A stretch of 64,000 bases of DNA, from positions 40,659 through 104,658 of the forward strand of contig DFOT01000001.1 in NCBI GenBank assembly GCA_002376875.1, given 5' to 3'. The notes beneath the pieces were generated by a model. That model was not told the DNA's origin, made no database searches, and saw only the letters and a program-made list of their open reading frames with translations. Position 1 is the first letter of the stretch; every line of letters starts with the position of its first letter. Shown piece after piece: positions 17,724-27,564 of the stretch. The position numbers were made by a program, and so were the translations under genes. This stretch comes from Opitutia bacterium UBA3534. GTDB lineage: Bacteria; Verrucomicrobiota; Verrucomicrobiia; Opitutales; UBA3534.

Positions 17724-18425
17724 ATGATAGTTCCCATGTATTTAAGCCCTTGTTCTGGATTGTTTTTAGCTAATGCAGGTGTCTTTACCTATTTTGGCCA
17801 ATCAAATTTTGCAGGAAAAGTCATTGTCTTGGCTTTGCTTGCTTTTAGCTTATTAGCCTGGACGGTCATGATCGGAAAATACCTTGAGCTGTCTCGTGCT
17901 CGTACCCTTAACGGCACTCTCGAACACCACCTCACTCGAGAGTCTTGGGCTTTAGGTGTTGATTTGCGCCACATTGCTCCGGGCCCTCATATGCGTTTGG
18001 TCCTGGCTGCGCAGAATGCTTACCGCAAGAGTGAAGGTCGGGGGATTGGTCCTATCGAAAATGCTTTGGCTCGGGTAGTCGCTCAACAGACAGCCGCCTA
18101 TGAGTCAAAGATGGTGCTCTTGGGCTCTATTGTGACAGGTGCCCCTTTCCTTGGACTTCTCGGAACGGTTTGGGGTGTGATGGATGCCTTTGGGGCTATG
18201 GCCTTACAAAACACTGCGACTTTGCAAAACCTAGCACCTGGTGTTTCAGGGGCTTTGTTGACTACGGTTGCTGGCCTTTTGGTTGCTATTCCCTCCGTCT
18301 TTGGATATAACTTCTTGCTCACACAGACTAAGCAAATGGTGATCGAGCTAGAGAACTTTGCTAGTTCTTTTGCAGATCGCGTCGAACATGAGCTTGTGCA
18401 GGCTCCAGAATCTGTAGCTTCTTAA
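17724..18425 (+). CDS. exbB: MotA/TolQ/ExbB-family proton channel
   Basis: Three TM segments and the signature GAPFLGLLGTVWGVMDAF...APGVSGALLTTVAGL. Confidence 0.85.
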   Translation: MIVPMYLSPCSGLFLANAGVFTYFGQSNFAGKVIVLALLAFSLLAWTVMIGKYLELSRARTLNGTLEHHLTRESWALGVDLRHIAPGPHMRLVLAAQNAYRKSEGRGIGPIENALARVVAQQTAAYESKMVLLGSIVTGAPFLGLLGTVWGVMDAFGAMALQNTATLQNLAPGVSGALLTTVAGLLVAIPSVFGYNFLLTQTKQMVIELENFASSFADRVEHELVQAPESVAS

Positions 18426-18437
18426 GGAATCATTCGG

Positions 18438-18854
18438 ATGGCGCGTAATTTCCATAGAAAGAACAGGCTAAGTGCTCTGTCTGAATTGAATGTAACTCCT
18501 CTGATTGACTTGGCTTTCTCTTTGCTGATCATCTTCATGATATCAGCTCCACTTTTAGAGCAAACCATTCCGCTAGAGCTACCAAGTGAGAGTCAGAACG
18601 CCCCAAAAAGTGCAGAAGAAGAGCAATACCAGGTCGTATCGATTGATCGCTCAGGCCAAGTCTTCTGGGGGGAGGAAGAAATTTCAATAGACCTGCTGGA
18701 TGACTTTTTACAGAGCCTGGCCCTGCATGCAGATCCGCCCATTATTCACCTGCGTGCAGATGCTAGTTTACCTTATCAGCATGTTGTGACTGTTTTAGAT
18801 AAAATAAAACAAAACCAATTAAGTAAAATTAGCTTAGACACACAAGTCGAGTAG
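18438..18854 (+). CDS. exbD: ExbD/TolR-family biopolymer transport protein
   Basis: LNVTPLIDLAFSLLIIFMI N-terminal TM motif, 138 aa, follows exbB. Confidence 0.85.
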   Translation: MARNFHRKNRLSALSELNVTPLIDLAFSLLIIFMISAPLLEQTIPLELPSESQNAPKSAEEEQYQVVSIDRSGQVFWGEEEISIDLLDDFLQSLALHADPPIIHLRADASLPYQHVVTVLDKIKQNQLSKISLDTQVE

Positions 18855-18861
18855 GGACCTT

Positions 18862-19590
18862 ATGCGGGCTGAAACAAAGACGCCTTTTGTTATTTCATGT
18901 ATCCTTCACGGAGCATTATTTTTGGCTGTTTTAGTGTCGTTGTTATTTCAAACCTGTACTAAGCCGAAGCAATCTCACCACGTCTTTACGGTTGTTTCAG
19001 AATCTGTGCCTGATGCATCCATGCGCCCTGCATTAGAGATGCCAGAGATTGCTGTTAAGATGCCTGAACGCAAGCCACCCCCTGTCGCTGAGCCTGTAAA
19101 GCCAAAGCCAGCGCCTGCCCCGGTTAAAAAAATGAGCTATGCGGAGTTTGTGAAAAAAGAAGGCAAGCCGAAGCCGCGTGCACCTCGTAAAAATAAACCT
19201 AAACAAGTTGCCGCCCCGAAGCTCAATGTCGGGCAACTCACTGCACAGCTCGAGCAAGTTTTGGTGCATGATGACTCTGGCAAGACAGTTGAAGCGCGCT
19301 TCCCTGTAGATTATTCAGCGCTGAATGCCTACATTGCAAAAGTTAGAGAGCGTCTGGATGCTTCCTGGAAGAAGCCAGAGAAGCTTGCCGCACTTCATCC
19401 CACTGCTGTTGTAGAGTTTTCTGTCGAGGCTAATGGGCATTTATCTGGAGTACGGATCGTGCAGGCCTCAGGCTATTCGGACTTTGATAATTCTGTTTTA
19501 AGAGCTTTTTCTCAGACAAACAACTTAGGGAGCCCCCCTGAACCTCACCGCTATACGCTGCGTTTGACCTTTAAAATGCTAGACCACTGA
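18862..19590 (+). CDS. TonB-like energy transducer
   Basis: N-terminal TM segment, proline-rich spacer KPPPVAEPVKPKPAPAPV, and C-terminal TonB-type domain (VVEFSVEANGHLSGVRIVQASGYSDFDNSVLRAF). Confidence 0.75.
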   Translation: MRAETKTPFVISCILHGALFLAVLVSLLFQTCTKPKQSHHVFTVVSESVPDASMRPALEMPEIAVKMPERKPPPVAEPVKPKPAPAPVKKMSYAEFVKKEGKPKPRAPRKNKPKQVAAPKLNVGQLTAQLEQVLVHDDSGKTVEARFPVDYSALNAYIAKVRERLDASWKKPEKLAALHPTAVVEFSVEANGHLSGVRIVQASGYSDFDNSVLRAFSQTNNLGSPPEPHRYTLRLTFKMLDH

Positions 19591-19662
19591 AGCCCTTCAA
19601 TGTACTCCGTTTTTTTAGGTTGACCTCATCCTGAAATTCTAAAGGCTATCCCATACCTTTAT

Positions 19663-19735
19663 GGGGACGTAGCTCAGTTGGAAGAGCGCCACAATGGCAT
19701 TGTGGAGGTCGTCGGTTCGATCCCGATCGTCTCCA
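19663..19735 (+). tRNA. tRNA-Ala (anticodon GGC)
   Basis: Cloverleaf readable by eye. Acceptor GGGGACG/CGTCTCC with the G3:U70 Ala identity pair, anticodon stem CCACA/TGTGG with loop AUGGCAU, and T-arm GGTTCGATCCC. CCA is not encoded. Confidence 0.9.
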
Positions 19736-19781
19736 TTTTTGTTACCCAATTTTGTAAAAAAGTTACTTTTACCCTCTATCA

Positions 19782-20195
19782 ATGAAACCCCGTATTAGTA
19801 TGATCACGCTCGCGGTGAGCGACATGGAGAAATCTGTGGATTTTTATCAGAAGGGCCTAGGCTTCCCTAGGATGGACTCACCCCCAGAGGTAGCATTTTT
19901 TACGCTGAATGGAACTTGGTTGGGCTTGTTCGGGAGAGAGGCTTTAGCAAAGGATGCGGGTGTTTCTTCAGAGGGCAGTGGATACAAGGGAGTGACGCTT
20001 GCTTATAACGTAGCTACTGAAGAAGAGGTAGGAACTGTCCTTCAGGAAGCGGTTAAAGCTGGTGCTAAACTTATTAAGCCTGCTCAAAAAGCATTTTGGG
20101 GAGGGTATCACGGTTACTTTTCGGACCCTGATGATCATCTATGGGAGGTTGCTTACAATCCATTTTTTTGGATTGGTCCTACCGATGAAGAGTAA
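19782..20195 (+). CDS. VOC-family (glyoxalase/bleomycin-resistance fold) protein
   Basis: MITLAVSDMEKSVDFYQKGLGF ... FSDPDDHLWEVAYNP is the typical VOC pattern. 137 aa. Confidence 0.75.
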   Translation: MKPRISMITLAVSDMEKSVDFYQKGLGFPRMDSPPEVAFFTLNGTWLGLFGREALAKDAGVSSEGSGYKGVTLAYNVATEEEVGTVLQEAVKAGAKLIKPAQKAFWGGYHGYFSDPDDHLWEVAYNPFFWIGPTDEE

Positions 20196-20204
20196 GCCTT
20201 AAGC

Positions 20205-20738
20205 TTACTTCTTCTCTCTTCTTTCAACCTTACGCAGCTCTTTTTGAACTGCTTTAGCTTGTTCGATGATTTCCTTCTTGGTTTGCCCGACGTCAATGCA
20301 ACCACAGTGATTAGTCAGTAAGCTTTTACCTTTGATGATATTGAGGAGTTCGCCATGTGTTTGAGCGAGGATACGCCGGTTCTCTCGCAAGTGAATGTCT
20401 TGGATAGATTTTTTTCCGGCAAGATGTAAGGCATTAATCGCGGCATTAGGTAAGGGAAGGATCATCCAGGATGCTCCACGCTGGCACAGTAAAGGAGAGG
20501 GGGTATCTTTTTCAGGTTCATGTTTGAGGAGGACCCCTTTCATATAGTAGCGAGCTAGGTTAAGTGCATAACGTGGGTTTGTAGAGGTTTCGATTTTCTC
20601 AAAAAGGAAATTGTGCAAGGCAAGGTCTCGTTGCTGTTGCCCTTGGAGTACTCGTCTTGGGAATAGGCAGGCATAAGGGTTTTCGCTTAATTCAGCTACG
20701 ACCAGACAGCGGATAGTTGCTATAGGGATTTTAGGCAT
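20205..20738 (-). CDS. hypothetical protein (177 aa)
   Basis: Long ORF filling the gap between flanking genes. No motif recognised. Confidence 0.45.
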   Translation of the reverse strand: MPKIPIATIRCLVVAELSENPYACLFPRRVLQGQQQRDLALHNFLFEKIETSTNPRYALNLARYYMKGVLLKHEPEKDTPSPLLCQRGASWMILPLPNAAINALHLAGKKSIQDIHLRENRRILAQTHGELLNIIKGKSLLTNHCGCIDVGQTKKEIIEQAKAVQKELRKVERREKK

Positions 20739-20746
20739 AATCTGTA

Positions 20747-21505
20747 TTATTGTAATGTTACCCCAACAGGTGCGTGGTCAGACCCATGCACTTCGGGGAG
20801 TATAAAAGCATTGGTGACTTTTGCCTGTATATTTGAAGAAACTAACACATAGTCAATCCGCCAACCCACATTGCGTTCACGCGCATTAGCACGGTAAGAC
20901 CACCAAGAATAATGTTCAGGCTCATCAGGGTGGTGCTCACGGAAGATGTCTGCAAAGCCTGCATCGAGCAGTTGTGAGAGCCCGTGGCGTTCTTCGTCAG
21001 TAAAGCCTGCGCTGTTGCGGTTTGTTTTCGGGTTAGCTAGATCAATTTCTTGGTGTGCGACGTTCAGGTCTCCGCAGATGATGACCGGCTTTGTTAGGGC
21101 AAGCTCTTGGACGTGGCTACGGAAGTCAGGGTCCCATTGTTGCTCGCGGTAGGTGAGGCGCTTGAGCTCACTCTGGGAATTAGGGGTGTATACGTTGACT
21201 AGGAAAAAGTCCTGATACTCTGCGGTAATGACGCGGCCTTCGGTTTGATGGCAAGCAGGTGTAATATCGAAGCTGACCTTTAGGGGTTCTTCTTTGCTAA
21301 GGATAGCAGTTCCAGAATAGCCCTTTTTTTCGGCGCAGTTGAAGTAGGCATGGGGGTAGGGTAATTCAAAGCGGGGGATAAGGTCTTCGCTGATTTTGAT
21401 TTCTTGAAGGCATAAGATGTCTGGGTCTTGGATTTCAAGGAAATCGTGGAACCCTTTTTTGAGAATGGCACGCAGGCCATTGACATTCCATGAGATGAGC
21501 TTCAT
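20747..21505 (-). CDS. xthA: exodeoxyribonuclease III
   Basis: [31 protein letters not shown] motifs of the EEP/ExoIII family. Confidence 0.9.
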   Translation of the reverse strand: MKLISWNVNGLRAILKKGFHDFLEIQDPDILCLQEIKISEDLIPRFELPYPHAYFNCAEKKGYSGTAILSKEEPLKVSFDITPACHQTEGRVITAEYQDFFLVNVYTPNSQSELKRLTYREQQWDPDFRSHVQELALTKPVIICGDLNVAHQEIDLANPKTNRNSAGFTDEERHGLSQLLDAGFADIFREHHPDEPEHYSWWSYRANARERNVGWRIDYVLVSSNIQAKVTNAFILPEVHGSDHAPVGVTLQ

Positions 21506-21516
21506 TGTGCGACACC

Positions 21517-22374
21517 ATGAAATTGCGTAAGTATGATGCCCTTGGCAATGATTATCTTATACTCGGGCCAAAAGAATCTTTAACGATCCCTCAGCCTGAG
21601 CAGATTCAAGCCTGGTGCTCGCGCCAGAATGGAGTAGGGGCTGATGGCCTCTTATACGGCCCTATTTTCCAGGGAGATGAACTCGGCTTAAGGATTTTTA
21701 ACCCTGATGGCAGTGAGGCTGAGATTAGCGGCAATGGCTTACGTATTTTTGCACGTTACTTATGGGAGCAAGGCATTGTCACTGAAGGGAAGGCTTTTAC
21801 GGTAAGTACCTTAGGGGGTGATGTAAGTTGCCGGGTTCATGATCGGGGGCAAGTCGTTTCGGTACAAATGGGGCGCGTTCATTTTTGGAGTGCTGATATT
21901 CCTGTGCTTGGTGATTCGCGTGAAGTGCTCGAAGAAGACCTTGAGCTAGAAGGCTACAAGGTACGCTTTTGTGCCGCCACTGTGGGCAACCCGCATTGTG
22001 TAGTGATTAACCAACCTGTCTCTTGGCAGCATGCGTGCAAGCTAGGGCCTTCTTTAGAAACACATTCACTATTTCCTAATCGTACGAACGTTCAGTTTTT
22101 AGAGGTGATAGACAGCAAGACTATCCGTATTGAAATTTGGGAGCGCGGCGCTGGCTATACAAAAGCTTCAGGAAGTAGCAGTTGTGCAGCGGCTGCTGTA
22201 GCCCATAAACTTGGGCATTGTGGGGCAGATATTAAGGTCCTTATGCCGGGTGGGGCTTTGCAGGTTCATTTAAGTTCGGACTATAAAGCAACGTTAACAG
22301 GCCCTGTAGATTTTGTGGAGGAATTGTCAGTACTCCCCGATGGAATGCTAGCTCAGGAACTTGCTAAAGTTTAA
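21517..22374 (+). CDS. diaminopimelate-epimerase-fold protein (DapF homolog) with both catalytic Cys positions occupied by Ser
   Basis: Collinear with E. coli DapF: [57 protein letters not shown]. The Ser codons are AGC 21727-21729 and TCA 22168-22170. Start taken at ATG 21517. Confidence 0.75.
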   Translation: MKLRKYDALGNDYLILGPKESLTIPQPEQIQAWCSRQNGVGADGLLYGPIFQGDELGLRIFNPDGSEAEISGNGLRIFARYLWEQGIVTEGKAFTVSTLGGDVSCRVHDRGQVVSVQMGRVHFWSADIPVLGDSREVLEEDLELEGYKVRFCAATVGNPHCVVINQPVSWQHACKLGPSLETHSLFPNRTNVQFLEVIDSKTIRIEIWERGAGYTKASGSSSCAAAAVAHKLGHCGADIKVLMPGGALQVHLSSDYKATLTGPVDFVEELSVLPDGMLAQELAKV

Positions 22375-22388
22375 ATATTTTTATTACT

Positions 22389-22742
22389 ATGGGCATTCCT
22401 ATTGATCTACAACACGCGACTCCTTTCTGGGAGCGAAGCACAGAAAGCTTAGTCTCTCATATTGAGGAAGAGTTAGAGACTAATATTAATGCTTTGGAAA
22501 GCTTAAGAGATACGAAGCAGCTCGATCCTGGCCAGAAACTCGTCTACGCTTCTTACAAGCTTGCAGTCTTTCGTAGCAACCCTGCTGCTGAAGAAATATT
22601 TTATAATGCTGAAGGTCTTTTCTTTGAGCTCGCGCAGCAGGGAAATGCTGAAGCAAAACAGGCACTTATGAGTCTTGTAGAAAAGCACAAAGAATTGGTG
22701 GCTTTTGAGATACGTATTTGGCTGCGAAATAACAAGGAGTGA
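22389..22742 (+). CDS. hypothetical protein (117 aa)
   Basis: ORF in an otherwise empty gap. Helical sequence with no motif recognised. Confidence 0.4.
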   Translation: MGIPIDLQHATPFWERSTESLVSHIEEELETNINALESLRDTKQLDPGQKLVYASYKLAVFRSNPAAEEIFYNAEGLFFELAQQGNAEAKQALMSLVEKHKELVAFEIRIWLRNNKE

Positions 22743-22760
22743 ATGATCTTGCCTTAGGTC

Positions 22761-23837
22761 GTGACCCCGACCTACTTTAAAGGTATGCAGATTTTAGATC
22801 AACTTACTGATACTCGCTTAACAGCGACGGAGGTCCTCCCTGGGCCTGCGCAGTTGTGTGAGTCAGTCCCTATAGATCCAGAGGTAGCGGATTTTGTGGC
22901 GCAGGCTCGTCAAGCGATTGAGGCTATTATTTTGGGCCATGACCCTCGATTATTAGTCGTTGTAGGGCCTTGCTCTATTCATGATGTTGAGGCCGGGAAG
23001 GAGTACGGACAGCGCTTGGCAGCCCTTGCTCAGGAATTATCCGATCGGCTCTTTATTGTCATGCGTACGTATTTTGAAAAACCACGTACGACAATCGGCT
23101 GGAAAGGGTTAATTATGGATCCTCACTTGGATCAGACCTATGCTATTCCTGAAGGGTTTAAAATGGCGCGTAGCTTTTTGAGGGAGATCTTGCAACTGGG
23201 CCTGCCTACTGCAACAGAGTTGCTTGATCCGATTACCCCGCAGTACATTGCAGATTTAGTCTGTTGGAGTGCTATTGGGGCTCGTACAGCAGAATCCCAA
23301 ACCCATCGTCAGCTGGCTTCAGGCTTATCTATGCCTTTAGGGTTTAAAAATAGTACAGATGGCTCTATCCAAACGGCGATACACGCTATCCAGGCAGCCA
23401 ACCATAGCCAGACTTTCTTGGGGATTAGCAAAGAGGGGCAGGCTTCAGCTATTAGTACCTGTGGTAATGCGAGTTGTCATTTGGTTTTACGCGGCGGGCG
23501 TCATGGGCCTAATTATGATGAGGCAAGCTTATTAAAGACAACAGCATTGCTTCTCGAAAACCAGCTGTTGCCGACCATGATGGTGGATTGTAACCATGCT
23601 AACAGCAATAAAGACCCGAATAACCAACCCGTTGTGCTTGAGTCTGTCCTAAAGACACGTCAGTCAGGGCAAGCCCATGTTATGGGGGTGATGCTTGAAA
23701 GTAATTTAAAATCAGGCAGCCAGCCATTCCCTCAGGCGAAGGAAGATCTAGAGTATGGGGTCTCGATTACAGACCCTTGTTTAGGGTGGGAAGATACTGA
23801 AAGAGTATTGCGTCAGGCCTATAGTTATTTAAAGTAA
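22761..23837 (+). CDS. 3-deoxy-7-phosphoheptulonate (DAHP) synthase, class I (AroG/F/H type)
   Basis: [28 protein letters not shown], and DCNHANS-type motifs. The start (GTG 22761 or ATG 22785) is uncertain. Confidence 0.85.
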   Translation: MTPTYFKGMQILDQLTDTRLTATEVLPGPAQLCESVPIDPEVADFVAQARQAIEAIILGHDPRLLVVVGPCSIHDVEAGKEYGQRLAALAQELSDRLFIVMRTYFEKPRTTIGWKGLIMDPHLDQTYAIPEGFKMARSFLREILQLGLPTATELLDPITPQYIADLVCWSAIGARTAESQTHRQLASGLSMPLGFKNSTDGSIQTAIHAIQAANHSQTFLGISKEGQASAISTCGNASCHLVLRGGRHGPNYDEASLLKTTALLLENQLLPTMMVDCNHANSNKDPNNQPVVLESVLKTRQSGQAHVMGVMLESNLKSGSQPFPQAKEDLEYGVSITDPCLGWEDTERVLRQAYSYLK

Positions 23838-23841
23838 CTGG

Positions 23842-24837
23842 ATGACTCAATCTAAGACCCCAATACGTGTTGCTGTTACAGGAGCTGCCGGGCAAATCGG
23901 CTATGCTTTACTATTCCGGATTGCTTCAGGTGGCCTTTTTGGCCCTGATCAGCCTGTTGCGCTTAACTTGATTGAGATTCCTCAAGGGATGGACGCGCTA
24001 AAGGGAGTCGTGATGGAGCTTGATGACTGCGCCTTCCCTCTGCTCAAAGACATTGTGGCCACGGATGACCTGAATGTAGGCTTTAAAGATGTGAATTGGG
24101 CCTTATTAATCGGTAGTATGCCGCGTAAACAGGGGATGGAGCGCAAAGACCTTTTGGGGCTTAATGGAAAGATCTTTACGGGGCAGGGCCAAGCAATTGA
24201 TAAAAATGCGGCTGATGATGTGCGTGTATTGGTGGTGGGTAACCCCTGTAATACCAATTGCTTGATTGCAATGAACAATGCTCCGTCTGTCCCTAAAGAG
24301 CGGTGGTTTGCAATGATGCGCCTAGATGAAAACCGGGCGAAGACTCAGCTTGCTCAAAAAGCAGGCGTAGATATTACTGCAGTAGAACGGATGACGATCT
24401 GGGGGAATCACTCCGCAACACAATACCCTGATATTTATAACGCTACTATTAATGGTAAGTCTGCTGCTGAGGTCATTAACGATGAGGCTTGGTTTAAAGA
24501 GACATTTATCCCTACTGTTCAACAGCGGGGGGCTGCTATTATTAAAGCGCGTGGTCTCTCTTCAGCAGCTTCAGCGGCGAATGCGGCGATTGATACTGTG
24601 CGCTTCATTATTAACCCAACCCCTGAAGGGGACTGGAATAGTGTCGCTGTTTGCTCAGATGGGAGTTACGGCACCGAGGCTGGCCTTATGGTTTCTATGC
24701 CGATCCGCTCGGATGGAAAAAACTGGGAGGTTGTCCAGGACGTTCCTGTGAATGAGTTTAGTCGGCAGAAAATTGATGCAAGTGTAGTAGAACTAGCCGA
24801 AGAGCGCTCTATGGTCTCAGACCTGATTCCTGTTTAG
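23842..24837 (+). CDS. mdh: malate dehydrogenase
   Basis: [25 protein letters not shown]-binding motif, GNPCNTN, IWGNHS. Confidence 0.9.
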   Translation: MTQSKTPIRVAVTGAAGQIGYALLFRIASGGLFGPDQPVALNLIEIPQGMDALKGVVMELDDCAFPLLKDIVATDDLNVGFKDVNWALLIGSMPRKQGMERKDLLGLNGKIFTGQGQAIDKNAADDVRVLVVGNPCNTNCLIAMNNAPSVPKERWFAMMRLDENRAKTQLAQKAGVDITAVERMTIWGNHSATQYPDIYNATINGKSAAEVINDEAWFKETFIPTVQQRGAAIIKARGLSSAASAANAAIDTVRFIINPTPEGDWNSVAVCSDGSYGTEAGLMVSMPIRSDGKNWEVVQDVPVNEFSRQKIDASVVELAEERSMVSDLIPV

Positions 24838-24839
24838 AT

Positions 24840-25877
24840 TCACTTAAAGCGTATTTTGACGCCTTTAGCTACGTGTGCCTTGATGCGTTCGTATCTTTTC
24901 TTGTAGCTTGGGTCTAGGTCTGTGAGTTTATGGAGTTCACCTTCTTGCATTACCCAGGGGTCTATCCCTCTGAATTTTGTGTAGATATGAACGTCGTAGT
25001 CTTCGTTTTCGGCTAATTCTACGTGCGCATGGATATCGCTGCATTGAGTGATTCCTTTTTGGATAATAGGGTCTTCGCTGGTTTTTAGCCTTTCTAGAAT
25101 ATCTAAATCTTTGCCGAAATGGACTTCGTCTGAAGTAATGAGGCCGATGTCCATGGCTTGCTGGAGCATTTGGGCCGTAATTTGCATAAGCGCAAGGTTG
25201 TAGGGGGCCCCATAGAAATGTTCTGTAAAGTAGAGGGATAGGTCTGCGAGTTTTTTAGCGCTTTTGGGGGAGTTGAAAAACCAGGTATCATTTTCGAAAT
25301 GGAGGTCTTCGAGAAGCTTATTGATCTTCTGGCTATCAATCATCCCAAATACGTAGGCTTTGTGGAGATTATATTCAATACGGTCAGCACATAGGGTGGG
25401 GAGCTCTTGTTCGAGCGCTTTGTATTCTTCGTTGTCAGGTAGGACCTCTTCGATGGTGATATTATGGTTTGCAAGGAGCTCACCAAGGCCCATTTGCTTT
25501 AGATGCCAGGCGTGGATATTGTCCTGGTAGCCCTCTTCGTCAAATAAGACGTCACCTACATGTGAGAATACAGTATGAGAAACATCATGAAGTAGCCCTG
25601 CAATGCATTCTTTTTGAGGGGCATCGTAGCGTTTGAGTAGGGCGTATACTCCTAGGCAATGGTCATAACGACTGAAAGGGGGGTTATAGCCAAAGTAGAA
25701 GTTGATCCCACATTGGTCAATGTGTTGGAGTCTGAGCATCGCCTCAGAGTCTAATAATTGATCAACAACAGGGTCATTCGTTTCTAGTGGCCCTAGAATA
25801 GTTTCTATGGGCTTGGCATAAGTGGTGAGGCCAAGGGAGAGGGCCAGGGCTATTGTACTGAGGTGTTTGTAGGGCAT
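24840..25877 (-). CDS. HD-domain metal-dependent phosphohydrolase with N-terminal signal peptide
   Basis: Signal-like MPYKHLSTIALALSLGLTTYA. HD signature GLLHDVSHTVFSH. 345 aa. Confidence 0.7.
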   Translation of the reverse strand: MPYKHLSTIALALSLGLTTYAKPIETILGPLETNDPVVDQLLDSEAMLRLQHIDQCGINFYFGYNPPFSRYDHCLGVYALLKRYDAPQKECIAGLLHDVSHTVFSHVGDVLFDEEGYQDNIHAWHLKQMGLGELLANHNITIEEVLPDNEEYKALEQELPTLCADRIEYNLHKAYVFGMIDSQKINKLLEDLHFENDTWFFNSPKSAKKLADLSLYFTEHFYGAPYNLALMQITAQMLQQAMDIGLITSDEVHFGKDLDILERLKTSEDPIIQKGITQCSDIHAHVELAENEDYDVHIYTKFRGIDPWVMQEGELHKLTDLDPSYKKRYERIKAHVAKGVKIRFK

Positions 25878-25945
25878 AATCGAGGTCTATTAAGAAGGGG
25901 ATTGATAGAGCCTAGATTAAGCTGGCCTCAGGAAAATCCAAGGAA

Positions 25946-25982
25946 ATAAAAAAGGCTCTCTATTTCTAGAGAGCCTTTTTGA
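25946..25982 (-). terminator. rho-independent terminator downstream of the histone-like gene (bidirectional shape)
   Basis: Perfect 10-bp stem AGGCTCTCTA/TAGAGAGCCT with loop TTTC, flanked by an A-run and a T-run. Confidence 0.7.
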
Positions 25983-26066
25983 AATTTAGCAGAAACAGCC
26001 CCATTCATGCTGCCTGCCACAAGAAGCGACTTGTGAAAGTGGCTTCTATCAAGAAATTGAAGCTAT

Positions 26067-26819
26067 TTACTTCTTTTTCTTGGTAGTCTTGCGCTTTGTA
26101 GCTTTTTTCTTGGTAGTCTTCTTCTTGGCTACCTTTTTCTTAGCCGTCTTCTTCTTGGCGGTCTTTTTCTTAGCTACCTTCTTCTTAGCCGTCTTTTTCT
26201 TGGCTGTTTTCTTTTTGGCGGTCTTTTTCTTAGCTACCTTCTTTTTAGCTGTCTTTTTCTTAGCTGTTTTCTTCTTGGTAGTCTTTTTCTTAGCCGTTTT
26301 TTTCTTGGTAGTCTTCTTCTTAGCTACTTTTTTCTTAGCGGTCTTTTTCTTAGCAACCTTCTTCTTGGCTACTTTTCTTTTCTTGGGGGCAGCTTTCTTT
26401 TTAGCTACCTTACGTTTGGTAGCCTTTTTAGCTGGAGCCTTTTTCTTGGCTGTCTTTTTTTTGGTTTTCTTTTTTGGGGCCATAGAACTGCTTGTTTTAG
26501 TTAGTATTGTACCTTTTTTAGGGGTAACGGTAAGCGCGTCTAAAGCAACGCGGAGTAATTCTCCAATGCTGACTTGTTTTTGACGCGAAAGTTTAAGGAG
26601 AACTCGTTTGAGATCTTCAGGCAAACGAACTGAAAGTTGTTTGTGTGGTTTGCTTGTGTTTGTAAAATTTTCAAAATCGAAACTACTTATTGCAAAACGG
26701 ATGACTTCACTTAGGGAAGAGGCACCACTTTCGGTTTGGAACTGCTTGAGTTGATTAAAAAGATCTTGTTTGAGGTCAAAGGTGAGAGGCGCATTGCCTG
26801 ACGATTTACCAGCGGCCAT
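26067..26819 (-). CDS. tandem ribbon-helix-helix DNA-binding protein fused to a histone-H1/Hc-like lysine-rich repeat tail
   Basis: The N-terminus has two RHH-like units (PLTFDLKQDLFNQLKQFQTESGASSLSEVIRFAISSF and QLSVRLPEDLKRVLLKLSRQKQVSIGELLRVALDAL). The C-terminal ~135 aa are almost only K/A/T/V, with about 20 (T/V)AKKK pentapeptides. Confidence 0.8.
   Translation of the reverse strand: MAAGKSSGNAPLTFDLKQDLFNQLKQFQTESGASSLSEVIRFAISSFDFENFTNTSKPHKQLSVRLPEDLKRVLLKLSRQKQVSIGELLRVALDALTVTPKKGTILTKTSSSMAPKKKTKKKTAKKKAPAKKATKRKVAKKKAAPKKRKVAKKKVAKKKTAKKKVAKKKTTKKKTAKKKTTKKKTAKKKTAKKKVAKKKTAKKKTAKKKTAKKKVAKKKTAKKKTAKKKVAKKKTTKKKATKRKTTKKKK
26068..26385 (-). repeat. about 20 tandem 15-nt coding repeats (pentapeptide x-A/T-K-K-K)
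   Basis: The plus strand shows a ..CTTCTTCTTGGC / ..CTTTTTCTTAGC periodicity of 15 nt. Confidence 0.85.
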
Positions 26820-27057
26820 TCTATGATTTTAAGTTGTTTTGTAAAAAGATGAATTATATTAAAGTTAAAAGTTTCCTAACTTATTGTATAATAGTACACC
26901 ATGGATATTATTTTTCAATAAAAAAATGCAAAAAAAGCTTATCTTCGGACGGTTATAAAAAAGAGATTATACTCTTTATATCGACATTATTCATACACGC
27001 TTAAATTGTTAAGCATTTGCTTTACTTAGTGAGTCCGATTCCCTATTTTGGTGGCTA

Positions 27058-27564
27058 ATGGCCAAAGAGCGTTCTTATATTACCTTTGTTTGTACTGCCA
27101 ATATCTGCCGTAGCCCTGTGGCAGAGGCCCTTCTGCAGCGTGCGTTAGTCGCACAAGGAGAAGCACTAAGCGCAATTCCAGTTATTTCAGCTGGGGTGAC
27201 TGCCTTTAATGGAGACCGACCTTCGATGAACTCAGTTCGCGTTTTAGAAAAATTAGGCATCGATATTTCTGCACACAGAAGTCAGTGCCTAACGCAAGAA
27301 ATTGTAGAGCGTTCTTTTGCCATTTTTGGGATGACGGCAAACCATTGCATTGCCATTGAAACCCAATACCGCAATCCACCTGCGCATGTTTATTTGATGC
27401 GTCACTTTATGAATAATACCTTCGAGAAGGAGGTTCCTGATCCCTTTGGGATGGCCGTAGAAACCTACGAAGCCTGTCATCACGCTATGGAAGAGGCAAT
27501 CCCGTCGATTGTTGAATTTATTAAAAAGGAGTACCCTTTACATGAAAGTAAGCATAGGAGCTGA
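27058..27564 (+). CDS. low-molecular-weight protein tyrosine/arginine phosphatase
   Basis: CX5R(S) P-loop VCTANICRSP and the DP loop (VPDPFG). Confidence 0.85.
   Translation: MAKERSYITFVCTANICRSPVAEALLQRALVAQGEALSAIPVISAGVTAFNGDRPSMNSVRVLEKLGIDISAHRSQCLTQEIVERSFAIFGMTANHCIAIETQYRNPPAHVYLMRHFMNNTFEKEVPDPFGMAVETYEACHHAMEEAIPSIVEFIKKEYPLHESKHRS

Noticed and set aside
19663-21505. tRNA-Ala as an integration site for a genomic island
   Set aside because: No integrase, recombinase, or direct repeat of the tRNA 3' end was noticed. The neighbours (VOC protein, xthA, dapF-like) look chromosomal.
26068-26385. Regular short-period DNA repeat that could be mistaken for a CRISPR or satellite array
   Set aside because: The period is 15 nt with no spacers, it lies entirely in-frame inside a CDS, and it encodes xAKKK pentapeptides.
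26080-26583. 167-aa plus-strand ORF (FFLAVFFLAT... repeats)
   Set aside because: It is the antisense reading of the lysine-repeat tail (AAG/AAA lysine codons read in reverse as CTT/TTT). It has no start context or function, and the minus-strand gene has an RHH N-domain, a terminator and a promoter region.
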